A stretch of 32,902 nt of DNA from NCBI GenBank assembly GCA_008015855.1, contig SSGK01000009.1:1-32902 (forward strand). Direction: 5' to 3'. Origin of the DNA: Candidatus Altimarinota bacterium (GTDB taxonomy: Bacteria > Patescibacteriota > Gracilibacteria > BD1-5 > UBA2023). The notes below the pieces were generated by a model. The model was given only the letters and a program-made list of their open reading frames with translations. It did not search any database and was not told the origin of the DNA. Below, one piece after another: positions 1 to 10,139 of the stretch (its first letter is position 1; the number at the start of each line of letters is the position of its first letter). Made by a program: the position numbers and the translations under genes.

Positions 1-1352
1 AATTCACAATGTGCATGTTTTATCGCTGTTTCTATAACATCTTCTGAGATAGCCCCATCCTGAAATCCGTAGAGAAGATTTTCTCAGATTGTTCCATCAA
101 ATAAAGATGGATCTTGAGTGAGATATCCAATATGGGCATAATATGATTTCAAGGAAGTTTCTCCTATATTTTGATTATCAATCAATATGCTTCATTGTGA
201 TGGCGCAAGAAATCCAGTAATAAGCTTTATGAGAGTTGTTTTTCCTGATCCACTCGGTCAAACAATAGCGGTTACTTGTCCGCCATGAAAAGAGAGAGAA
301 AAATTATTGAAAATACGCTCATTTTCTCCATACATAAAATGCACTCCTTCCAATCGAATATCTCATTTTTTATACAGGAATGTATTTCCATCATGGAGAT
401 TCTTTATGTTTTTTCACTGATCAAATAAATTCCAGAATTTCTCAACATCACCGAAACTATGCATAAAGTTCTTGAAAAACACGATAGATCCTTGCATATT
501 TTCGCGAAGCAGTGAAAGGACCAAAAAGAGAGAAATTGCCGAAGAAATCTGAACCACCCCCATCTCGAGTCAGACAAATAATGCAATCGTTACGAAAAAT
601 AGAAGAATATTTGGGATGCTATACATAAGAAAAAGTGGGAAATTCATAGCAATATTGTACTCATTCCCTTTTTGTGCATGCGCACTCAATATATCAACCT
701 CATTCTGAATTTTATTATTCTGAAGTATCTCAAACTTCGTCATAATCATTCGAATAATCTGCCTGTCATATTCAATCATTGCATCCCGTTTTAGGTTTCT
801 CCATTTCATTGCCCGGACATTGAGCTTCCAAACTAAAATATGACTCAAAAAGAAAAGGAGGAAGAAAACAACAAGGTAAGAAAGACCTATCTCATACAGT
901 ATAACAAATGCACTTGCAAGCGAGATAATGAGTTTTACAGGGGTTTGAAGGGATTCAATAATGAGAGAACTCCATGTATGGATTCAGCGAGATAGGATAG
1001 ATATTGCCTTCCCTGTTCCAATATTCTCAACATAGGTATTATCCAGATTATGGAATACTGGCATATACTGTTCATGAATAGCTCGTACATGGGGAAAATA
1101 CGTAGCAGCATATCCCCAATTTCTCATAAAGAAAATAAGGATCAGATATACGATACATCCACCAGCATATATACCCACCGTTTGCTCCACCAAATCAGTC
1201 CTTCCCATCTCGAGCGCTTCAATAATATATTTTATCGAAAAAATATTAAACACCGTAATTCCAGAATACATTATCTGAATAATAATTGTCTGAATTCAGA
1301 GGGCTGGCAGACGAAGGATGGGTTGAAAAAAATGTCGAGCTTTTTGAAACAT
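1..1352 (-). CDS. ABC exporter, fused transmembrane + ATP-binding protein; C-terminal end runs off the window
   Basis: Table-25 reading joins track fragments 984..1271 and 570..848 with the sequence below 570 in one frame. An N-terminal hydrophobic TM region is followed by Walker A read as GGQVTAIV-G(TGA 258-260)-PSGSGKTT and LTQDPSLFDGTI near 85-120. ATG at 1350-1352 is preceded by in-frame TAA 1362-1364. Confidence 0.85.
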
Positions 1353-1458
1353 GAGGTAAATTAATTGGGTTTATTATAGATGTTTTTCTCGACTTGCAAA
1401 TTAAGAATCCTACCTAAAATAAGTCTATAGTTATGATATATCCTTTAAATTTCACCTC

Positions 1459-1956
1459 TTGAGAATATACATTACCGGACCTGCTGGATCAGGAAAATCA
1501 ACCATTGCAAAACAACTCTGAGAGTATTATTCCCTTCCTGTTACACACCTCGATACCCTTCTCTGGAAAGAAAATTGGATTGAAAATCCCGACTATAAAG
1601 AACTCCAAGGGGAAGTTCTTAAAAAAGAGTCTTGGATTATTGAATGACCCAGTTGTTCCATTATTAAGTCGATGGATATGGTTGATGCTATAATAATTCT
1701 CAATACAGGGTACATCGGAAATATGGGACGAATTCTAAAACGCACACTATTACACCGTTTTTGAAAAGAGAAACGAATAGGAATTAAAATTACGGAAAGA
1801 TGGAATATGTCTCTTTTTCTCAAGACTCTTACATGGAGAAAAAGGCAACTTCCCAGAATTCTCAAAAACATAGAATTACACGGGTTACAGGAAAAAACTT
1901 GTATTATCCATACGTCTAAAAATATGTTTCAAGAAGTACAAAGGTTTCTCGGATAA
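1459..1956 (+). CDS. P-loop NTPase/kinase, adenylate-kinase-like 'topology modulation protein' (FlaR) family
   Basis: Translation is (TTG)RIYITGPAGSGKSTIAKQLGEYYSLPVTHLDTLLWKENW...ESWIIE-G(TGA)-P..., the P-loop plus HLD..W..W..WIIDG pattern typical of FlaR-like kinases. There is no in-frame ATG between TAA 1420-1422 and the P-loop, so I call a TTG start at 1459. TAA stop at 1954-1956; 165 aa with three in-frame TGA. Confidence 0.75.
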
Positions 1957-1974
1957 AAAATCCAATAGATAACA

Positions 1975-2355
1975 CTAATCAATTCAGGCAATGTTGGAAT
2001 CACTCAATTCTAATCGTAAGATAGGGGTAACTTCATCTTCCTCTCAGCCTGAAAGATGGAAAGTGATAGACGGTACAAGGTCTGATTTTCATGACCAATA
2101 GCTCTCTTCAAATTTCTGAATTTCATGCATATAAAATATTGGATAGTCTCCAGAGAGAGTTTCTCGAAGAAAAATATTATCTGGAATATATCAAATCATT
2201 AATAATGTCTCAATTGCCTTTGAATGTTTGAGGAGTAATTCACATGTGTATTTCCAAATCTCTGATTGAACATATTCATCTCGGACTATTCCATATCTTT
2301 CTATACCAACAATATGAAGAATATTCTCAAGAAATTGATTATATATGAGTGACAT
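1975..2355 (-). CDS. hypothetical protein, 126 aa, no recognised domain
   Basis: ATG at 2353-2355 is the first start after in-frame TAA far upstream; TAG stop at 1975-1977; four in-frame TGA read as Gly. Product MSLIYNQFLENILHIVGIERYGIVRDEYVQSEIWKYTCELLL...YPIFYMHEIQKFEESYWSG... Absent from the standard-code track because TGA fragments it. Confidence 0.55.
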
Positions 2356-2373
2356 ATGCTGTGTATTAAAAAT

Positions 2374-2392
2374 ATATTGTGATATACAATAT
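2374..2392. repeat. perfect 7-bp inverted repeat (operator-like) upstream of the 126-aa ORF
   Basis: ATATTGT-gatat-ACAATAT, 19-37 nt upstream of ATG 2355. Confidence 0.3.
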
Positions 2393-2411
2393 GTACTTAA
2401 GAAGAAAAATC

Positions 2412-2442
2412 AAAATCCCCCCAGATATTTTGGGGAGATTTT
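2412..2442 (-). terminator. hairpin with flanking A/T runs directly after giant gene B
   Basis: Plus strand reads aaaatcCCCC-cagatatttt-GGGGagatttttt. On the minus strand the stem follows TAA 2444-2446 and is followed by a T-rich tract. Confidence 0.5.
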
Positions 2443-2443
2443 T

Positions 2444-5272
2444 TTATGCAATATGAGAGAGTCATACCTTGGAATAGAGTTCTTTTCGCATTTCAGGGGA
2501 AACGATTTTTTCATACTGTGCGAGGTATTTTTTCATGTATGATTCAGCCTTTCATGTATAATTGATTGTTCCATCAAATCCGAGATCTTTGAGGGCTGTT
2601 TTCCATTCTTCAATTCATCGAACATCTAAGAGTGATTCCCTTCCTGTATCATCTCGAGTAACATCTACTAATGCTGTCACTTTGCTTCCATCAAATGAAA
2701 TATCTCATGCATAACTTCCACTCGTGCGACCTGGTCAAAGAAGCATCTCAGAGAGCATCTTAATCACTTTCTCTTTTGACTCACTCGGAAGCGATGCAAT
2801 TTTCTCTTTTGCTTTTGCAGTATTAATTCCACCATCCGCTTGAACAATTCCCTCTCCTTTTAATTCATTAAAAATCTTCTCATCTTCTTGTAACTTATAC
2901 ACTCAGAATCCTATCGCGAGTGCTGTGGCAAAAGATGCTCCGAATCGAACATTCTGAGAAAGTGCGGCCCGACCAACATTGAGTGTACCAATTTCTGCCA
3001 TTCCTCAAATATTCCGTGCCCCAATATACGCATGACGAGCAAATCGAATTGTATCGAGTCAGAATTTTCCAGCATCAATCACGGGTTTAGCTATCCATTC
3101 AGCAAAAGCCACTGCCTTATTCGGTGCTCGCAACACCTTTGATAATTCATAGATACCAATAGCCCCTACCGCTCAACCTGCAACAATATATCCGGGATGT
3201 TTTGGGATATATCCATGCTCAACATCCATTCATTCATAAATAAGAATACTTGCACCATATAATGGATTCATCATGGCAATATCCTTTGCAAGTGTTGTGA
3301 GTTTATTATTTTTTGTTGATGCTACATCCGCAATAACAATAGTAAATCAAAGATTTCTAAATAAACCCTCAAAAGCACTTGGAGTTTCTCGTGTTATTCG
3401 TTGAATAATCTCCTTTGCATCATCTCAATCTTTTGCTAAGATAGTAATATTTGCTTTTTCAAATTCTGGAATAATCTTTGATTGTTTAAATCCCAATGCA
3501 ACATTCCTCAAATGCTTTGCAAGAGTCCAATTTTCCTTGATTATACCTCATAAGGAAGTACGAATTGATCTTGCCTCTTCTGCTACATTACGAAACATGA
3601 GATCTGTATCATCCATTCATTTAAATGCTCATTTCAATGTTTTTCCAACTCTATCACCCCATCACATGGAAGCAGAAGAAGAGTCTGCATTCTCAATAAT
3701 ACGAACCATTCATTCCTTCCACTTCATTCCACCTGATTTCTCCATCTCTACAAGAGCCGATTTAATAATTCAAGATTCAAAAGTACTTCCAGAATATTGT
3801 GTTTGTAAAGAAGTTAATCCTTTTTTAATCGTATCGAAAGAATCATCTGGAGAATTTTTAATAACATCGACAATACGCATTTTTACCTCGATTTCTCATA
3901 CCACTTTTCTTAAATCATCCGCAAATCACTTCGTTTGAGCACTTCATTCTGGTATTTCTTTCATATAATCGAGCAATATATTTGCTGACTTATTAAATTG
4001 TCAGGTTGCTCAAAAATATTGAGATTGTACTCATGGAACAAGAGTTCATTTTTCCCAGTATAAGGGTGCGAGAGCAATTGTAGAAAGTAATTTTGATGCC
4101 TTCCCTGCAAGAAACAGAGGAATTGCCATATGATGATATACTATCGGGAAAAATGTTGCTTTCAATTCTCCATTTTCCATAAGCTCTTCAAATCAGTATT
4201 CACCAATAAGATTTATAGCCTCTTTTGGTCATTTGGTAACCAATGTAAGAGCTGAACGGAGACCAAATTCTATCATTAATTTTGATCACTCTTTGATCTT
4301 TGCAGTAATAGCCTCCGGGGGTATTACTCACTCCTTAATAAGATCTTTTAAGAAAAGGATTCAATCTGTTCATGAAGCAAGTAAAACTTCCATAACATTC
4401 CATTCTTTCTTATCTGAGACATTCGATAATACTTTCCCCATTCATTCTTCAATTTTACCTCCATAATTTTTCCAAACTTTATTAAAAGCTGCAAGTTGTA
4501 TTACGGGATCCTTGATAAAACCTGATTTTACTAAATTATCCCAAGTACCTTTTTGAAGTTTCTGAACCTCATCTGACACCCTCTCTTTCAACTGTTCCGC
4601 TTTTTTTGCGGCTGTTTCAACTGGATTGGTAGAAGCAGTTTTGCATTGCTTTCCATCCTTTTTAAGAAACTTTGAAACATCAAAGAATTTATCGAGACCC
4701 AGCGCTGCAAAGAGTGCACCTATCATCTCGAGGAATCATTTCCAGAATTTCCCAAGTCCCCATTCATCTAATTTCTCCCCCACTTTTCCTGCATGTTCTT
4801 GAACATCGATTGCAACTGCCTGAACAACGGTTCCTGCTTTTTTCGCAAGTTTTCCAGCATCAACCGTTCCATCTGGAATTCAAAGCTTCTCAGCAATTTG
4901 CTCTCCTGCTTGAAGAATTTCCTTTCCCCCTGGAACATTCGTCTTTACGCTATCAAGTGCTTTCTCTGCTTGAGCGGCTATATCCGATGATTTCAGCTTC
5001 CCAAGAATACTTGATTGCAAAGAAGAATCAGCGCCATTCAAAACCTTCGGAAGTTCCGCATAGAGTGATTTCATATCCTTAAAAACATCCAGTTTTGCAG
5101 AGGTTCGAGAGGTAATGTATTCTCGAGTACGTTGATAGAGAACTTCAAATTCCTCGGGAGATAATTTTGGTGCCACTTCTTCACGAAGCATTTTCTCAAG
5201 GTCCGAAGTAACTCCCGAGAAAGTTTCTGGAGTTTTGTAGTAAGGAGATGGGAGGAAAGAATTCTTATTCAT
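2444..5272 (-). CDS. giant hypothetical protein B, 942 aa, Gly/Ala-rich hydrophobic segments, no recognised domain
   Basis: Track fragments 4880..5272 and 4442..4726 and about 2 kb with no listed minus-strand ORF fuse into one frame under table 25; every TGA coordinate is congruent mod 3. I walked all codons 2444-5272 and met no TAA or TAG. ATG at 5270-5272 is preceded by in-frame TAA 5282-5284; TAA stop at 2444-2446 is followed directly by a hairpin. About 34 in-frame TGA by hand count. Confidence 0.8.
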
Positions 5273-5281
5273 ACAAATTAA

Positions 5282-8200
5282 TTATTTTTTACTGTTATAG
5301 TGGTTTGTAAGGTATGCATCAACTTTTCCAGCATATTTTCAGAAAAATCAAGAAATATCCGCTTCAGTGATAGCCTTTGCTGGAACATCCGTCATTCGTT
5401 CCATAGTGTCCATCTGATCAAGAAAGAATCACTTGAATGGCCCAAAAAGGGTACAAATAATGAGATTTTGTACAGGATCTGAGAAGTCCATCTGATCTGG
5501 ATTTCTATAGAATGCTTCCATTCCCGTCATACCAGCTGCCATAGCTCCACGACGATTCCAAACGATATCCTTTGCCATACCACGTAATAATGCTCCGGTT
5601 GTTTGTGAAAAGCCATGACTGTGCTTCCATGCAGATATCGTTGCCTGTCAAAAATCCTGAATCGTCATTCATGCTACAAAATTTCAAAGCTTATTCTTAT
5701 AGTATCTCTCACCTGTTATCCCCATTGCTTCAAGTGTTTTCATTCCTTTTATTTTTTCAAATGCTGTATTGAAAACATTCGTTCATTTTCATTCCTTTGG
5801 CGCTGGCGTGGTTTCATGTGATTTCGTTGGGGTAACCTTCTCAGCCAATTCAACTTCTCCATTCTTTCATTTCTGAATAACGGTTTCAGGAGCTGCTTCT
5901 GGAGTTGTTTGTTTTGAAGTTTTTGAAGTTCCTACTTTACGCATAGCAGCATTTAAAAGAGCAAGAACGAATCATTGAAAAATTTGCTCACTCGTCCATT
6001 CTCCTCCACCCAAAGTAACCTGAAGACCTCCACCCACTATTCCAAATGCGGCTGTATCTAATACAATTCTTGTTGGTTCTTTGAGAAGCAGCTTTTGAGC
6101 AAGATTCCCCTCTGCGCTTCAGAACTTACTATAGATTCCATTCAACCCCTTAAAGGCAGCAGCAAATGCCATAGATTCGAGCCATCATTGCATACTGTAC
6201 CCTTCTGTCCAATTTCCATATTCAATTTGTGATTTTGCAGCACCGTATCCAGCATAGAAAGCGGTTCCCTCGATTGCTGTGGCACCAACAAAACCAGCTC
6301 ATTTTCCTGCAACCGATGCAATACGAGCCGTTCGAGATACCTGTCATACCATTTCGGTTCAACGTCCAAGGAGAGAAGTGAGCTTACCGATGCGTGATGC
6401 ACGAGCAGCATTTACTGCCCAAAATCCAGCAGAACCAGTGAATGCACCGGCAGCAATCGCAACAACCTCCATCGCTACCATTTCACATCAAAATTTCCAC
6501 CAATCAGCATTTTTATCAGCCACATGATTCCATCCAATTCCTTCGATATCCTTAAATAATTCTAGTTCCTTTGATTCTGGAATTTTATTTTTCTTTACCT
6601 CATCATATACATACTCATATTTCAAAGCAAGCAGGTTCGATTTCTCGATGAAACTCTTTTTCATTTGCTCAACAATAGTATCTCTTGATCGTTTATCTCC
6701 TGATTGAATTAAAGTGTCGGCTGTTGTTTGAAATTGGGTTGTATACGTAGTTACGGATAATTTTGCAACCTCTTCTCTCTTCTCCTTAAGACGCTCTTTT
6801 GCCTTGCTTGAAAGAATCTCATCTGATATCTTTGATTCATCCCATGCACTGCTCTTCCATGTGTGGAAGGTATCTTGAATCTTTCCATGCATTTTATTTC
6901 CACCAATAAATCCATCAATGAGCCGGTCGGAAATAAGAGCATATCCCTCTAGTTCGTTTTTTATATAGAGGTAGAGTTCTTGTTTATTTCTTGCTTCAAT
7001 ATATTCAATCAGTTTTGGCGCATCCTTGCTTCCAGTTTCTTTAATGAGTGATTGAAGAGCTGGAATCATTTCCTCTTGTTTTAATTTGCCTGATTCAATC
7101 GATTGAATAAATGCATCGAGTTTTTTATTCCAATCTTCTGACATATCCTTGGAGGCAAATGCCTGAAGGAGAAGAAGGTAATCATTTGATTTCTCTGAAA
7201 TATTTTTATAGCGCTCAATTGCCTTCTGAACACTCGAAGGAAAATCTTTGTATTCAATTGGAAGTGGTTTTCCATGAGAGCCAATAATATAATAACGACC
7301 ATCTCGGAAAGATGCGACCGTATGAACCGATTGCTGCTCTGTTTCTTGTTTTCCTGTTAACTCATTCCATTTTCTTTCTGCTGTCGCAATCCCTGATCCA
7401 ATAGCGGCTGTTACAGGAGCGGCTGCATCCTTGGCAGATTGAACTGCTGAATCGATTTTACCTGGTTCCTTTTTTTCACTCTTTTCCATCGGTATTTCTT
7501 TTGGTGCCTCATACTTCATGCCAAGAACTTCATCGAGATTTTTTGCTGTTTTTTTCACCTCTAAGAGCAATCTGAGGAGATACTCAACATTTTCTTTTCC
7601 ATACTTTTCAAGAAATTCATTTCATGATACTTTTTTACCATCTTCTGTAACAAGAAAATCACCCCCAAAGAGAGAAGAGAGGGTAAGTTCATCTTTTCCA
7701 TCAAGTGCTTTTTGTATATCTTCCACTCAAAATCTTCGAAAATTTTCTGATCGAATAAGGTGAGAATATATTTGAGAGAGCTGTTCTCCATCTTTCTTAT
7801 CAGATTCAACTTTCGCTCTATGCGTCGCAATAAAACCATCCGTAAATCACTTCACATTTTCTGGAATACTCTTTGGATCGAGGAGATGTAAAAATGCCTG
7901 TTTGGTTTCATTTTCGTTGGATTCTTGAGATGTTCATCCCTTGGATTCATTAAAACGTTTCATAAAATTCTTTCCGAATTCAGTATTCTTCAGTCAGAGA
8001 TATCCAAGTCCCGCTGCGAGTGTAATTCAAAATCCTTTCCAACCACCAAATACAACACCAAGAACGAGTGCTGCAAGAAAGACAAGGAACTCCCCTCATG
8101 CAAATGAATTTCCTGATTCAGGAGGGCGCATGTGAAATGTCTTTGCTAACTCAATTTGTTTATTCAAAGGAAAAATACCATCTACCACAGCTTGTGCCTG

Positions 8201-9256
8201 TTTTATATCTTGATTGTATCCCTTTACAAAATCCTTTACATCCGCCATATTCTTATAGGCACCATTTAGGTAAGCCCAAAGAAGCATTTGATCCGAGAGA
8301 AGGATATTAGAAGATGGAGCTGTTAAACGATCTCGAAGCGTATCTTTTGTGAGATTATATTTTTTAAAAAGGACGGTTTCCACATATTGAGCCACGTTTG
8401 CATCACCTACTAATTCTCATTTTTCATTTAATTGGGATGCAAGAAAAGTATCTCGCTCAGAAGAGTTTAGAAGAAGTGCTTTTTTGATATGCGTGAGAGA
8501 AATATCTTCTATCGCAAATTTCGCACGGAAATACTCATGAAGAGAGGAGACAGAGTCTTTTTGTTGTTCAGTATCGCCTTTCCCCTTATATTGAATCGTA
8601 AAATCATTTTCTCATGAAAACATGAAAAAATACCCCTGACTCGAAAGAATATTGAGAAATGAGTTTACCGTTAATTGCTTAAATGATTCACTCTTATCTC
8701 GACTAAATTCGAGAGCATCATCAAACTCCATTTTCCAATGAGCAATAGAAAAATTTCCATCGGAAAGTCGCTTTGTTTTTTCAGCCAGTTGAGAAGCAAA
8801 AGCATTTACCTGCTCTTTTACGATTGGCTTCTTTTCTTCGGATACAACTCATTGGGATGGTGCTACTTCAGATGATGGTTTTACGTCAACCTTTTGAGAT
8901 GGTGGAGTAATTTGAGATTTTAATTCTGCTCGCTTGAGTTGAGATTTAGCAACAGAATTCATAATATCATTTTGATGCTGTGCCTGCATCAAAGCATACT
9001 TGGATACCATTTCTTCCCAACGGGTAAAAAGTGGCTCAAGTGCACCAGTATAATCTGGACGCTGACGTTCTTGTCGTATCCATTCAGCATCTGCATCAAT
9101 ACGAGCCTTAATTGATTCAATAGGCGTATCGGTCGTAAATTTGTTTGACCAATCACGGTTTGTCTCATCTGGTTTTTCAATCTTTAAAATATTCACCGCA
9201 AGAGTATCTGCCGTGGTTTCTACTGTTCATTTATTAGCACCGCTCAAAAGTGACAT
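5282..9256 (-). CDS. giant hypothetical protein A, 1324 aa, internal hydrophobic hairpin clusters, no recognised domain
   Basis: Track fragments 8849..9196, 8096..8395 and 6488..7570 share one frame. I checked the connecting stretches 7571-8095, 8396-8848 and 5285-6487 codon by codon and they contain only TGA, no TAA or TAG. ATG at 9254-9256 is preceded by in-frame TAG 9293-9295; TAA stop at 5282-5284, 9 nt before the next start. About 27 in-frame TGA. Confidence 0.8.
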
Positions 9257-9355
9257 AAGGAAAAAATAAAGAATATCAGTTTCTCCTCTATGCTATCACA
9301 AGTTCTAGAAATCTACAAATTTTCGAAGATATATAGCATAAATTTTGCATCCATT

Positions 9356-9383
9356 ATATGGAATAGGTTGCAAATGCAAATTA
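9356..9383 (-). promoter_or_regulatory. candidate promoter for the giant-gene pair
   Basis: Minus strand TATAAT (9361-9356) with TTGCAT/TTTGCA 15-16 nt upstream (9383-9377). It lies downstream of terminator 9423..9450 and about 100 nt upstream of ATG 9256. Confidence 0.3.
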
Positions 9384-9422
9384 TTCGATATAAAAATAAT
9401 ATGGCAAGTCTCCATTCTCTAT

Positions 9423-9450
9423 AAAAAAAAGACCCTTTTTAAAAGAGTCT
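9423..9450 (-). terminator. rho-independent terminator of the exonuclease gene
   Basis: Minus strand AGACTCTTTTAAAAAGGGTCT followed by TTTTTTTT. The stop codon lies inside the stem-loop. Confidence 0.6.
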
Positions 9451-10041
9451 CATAGTATTCGTGGATTCAAGAACAATAACATTTCGTTTTACTAATTCTA
9501 CAAAGGATCGCATGGTTGCTTCTACATCGACCATAGCATTATGTGCTCATTCAAACCATTCCTCAAAAAGAAACTTGTGCAGCTCGGAAAGTTTCGGTGG
9601 TTTATAGGAGAGTCATCGTCATTGAAGCTTACAGTATTCGGTAGAACTTCTCATAGTACAGATAGATTTCATAGGAGTATACTCCCCTACGCGTTTCATA
9701 CGCGCAAGTTCATAAGCTAAAACGGTTTCATCGTATTCTATATTATGACCCGCCACCACATCAGCGCTATTAAGTACTTTTAGTATCTTATCAATAGAAT
9801 CTTCAATATATGGCTTATCCACTAAATCACGATCATAGAGACCATGTACTTGAGAAGCTGCAAATGGAATCGAAATCTTTGGTCGAATGAGAATATCATG
9901 GCGTTCTATCTCGCTATAATCACCCTGTTCTGAAATCTCTCAAATAATCGCTGCAAATTGAATAATATGTGGTTGTTGATCGAGGGTTCATTCACGTACT
10001 GGAAAACCAGTGGTTTCCGTATCCCATACACATACACGCAT
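9439..10041 (-). CDS. DEDDh 3'-5' exonuclease, DnaQ / Pol III epsilon-like, stand-alone (200 aa)
   Basis: MRVCVWDTETTGFP (ExoI), ADVVAGHNIEYDETVL (ExoII), G(TGA)AHNAMVDVEAT (ExoIII with His). Extends track ORF 9619..9822 in the same frame through several TGA. ATG at 10039-10041; TAA at 9439-9441 lies inside a terminator hairpin. Confidence 0.85.
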
Positions 10042-10112
10042 AGAAAACAATCAATAATAAAATAATGACGAGAGTATATAAAAAAAGAGGGAAAAGTCAC
10101 ACTCAATCACTC

Positions 10113-10139
10113 AAAAAAAATCCCTTACGGGATTTTTTT
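10113..10139 (-). terminator. rho-independent terminator after secY (symmetrical A-run/T-run)
   Basis: aaaaaaaaTCCCttacGGGAttttttt immediately after the secY TAA. Confidence 0.7.

Noticed and set aside
3537-5082. Plus-strand ORFs 3537..3938 (133 aa), 4233..4466, 4672..5082 (136 aa) and 6279..6527.
   Set aside because: They are antisense to the continuous table-25 giant genes. Their low-complexity Ser/Phe/Leu-rich products have no motifs. They exist only because the sense strand avoids TAA and TAG.
2444-9256. Giant genes as phage tail tape-measure proteins or a prophage remnant.
   Set aside because: Long helical proteins with Gly-rich hydrophobic segments do resemble tape-measure proteins. 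However, there are no capsid, terminase, portal, tail, integrase or att-like repeats anywhere in the window. I keep it only as an alternative to test, not as a call.
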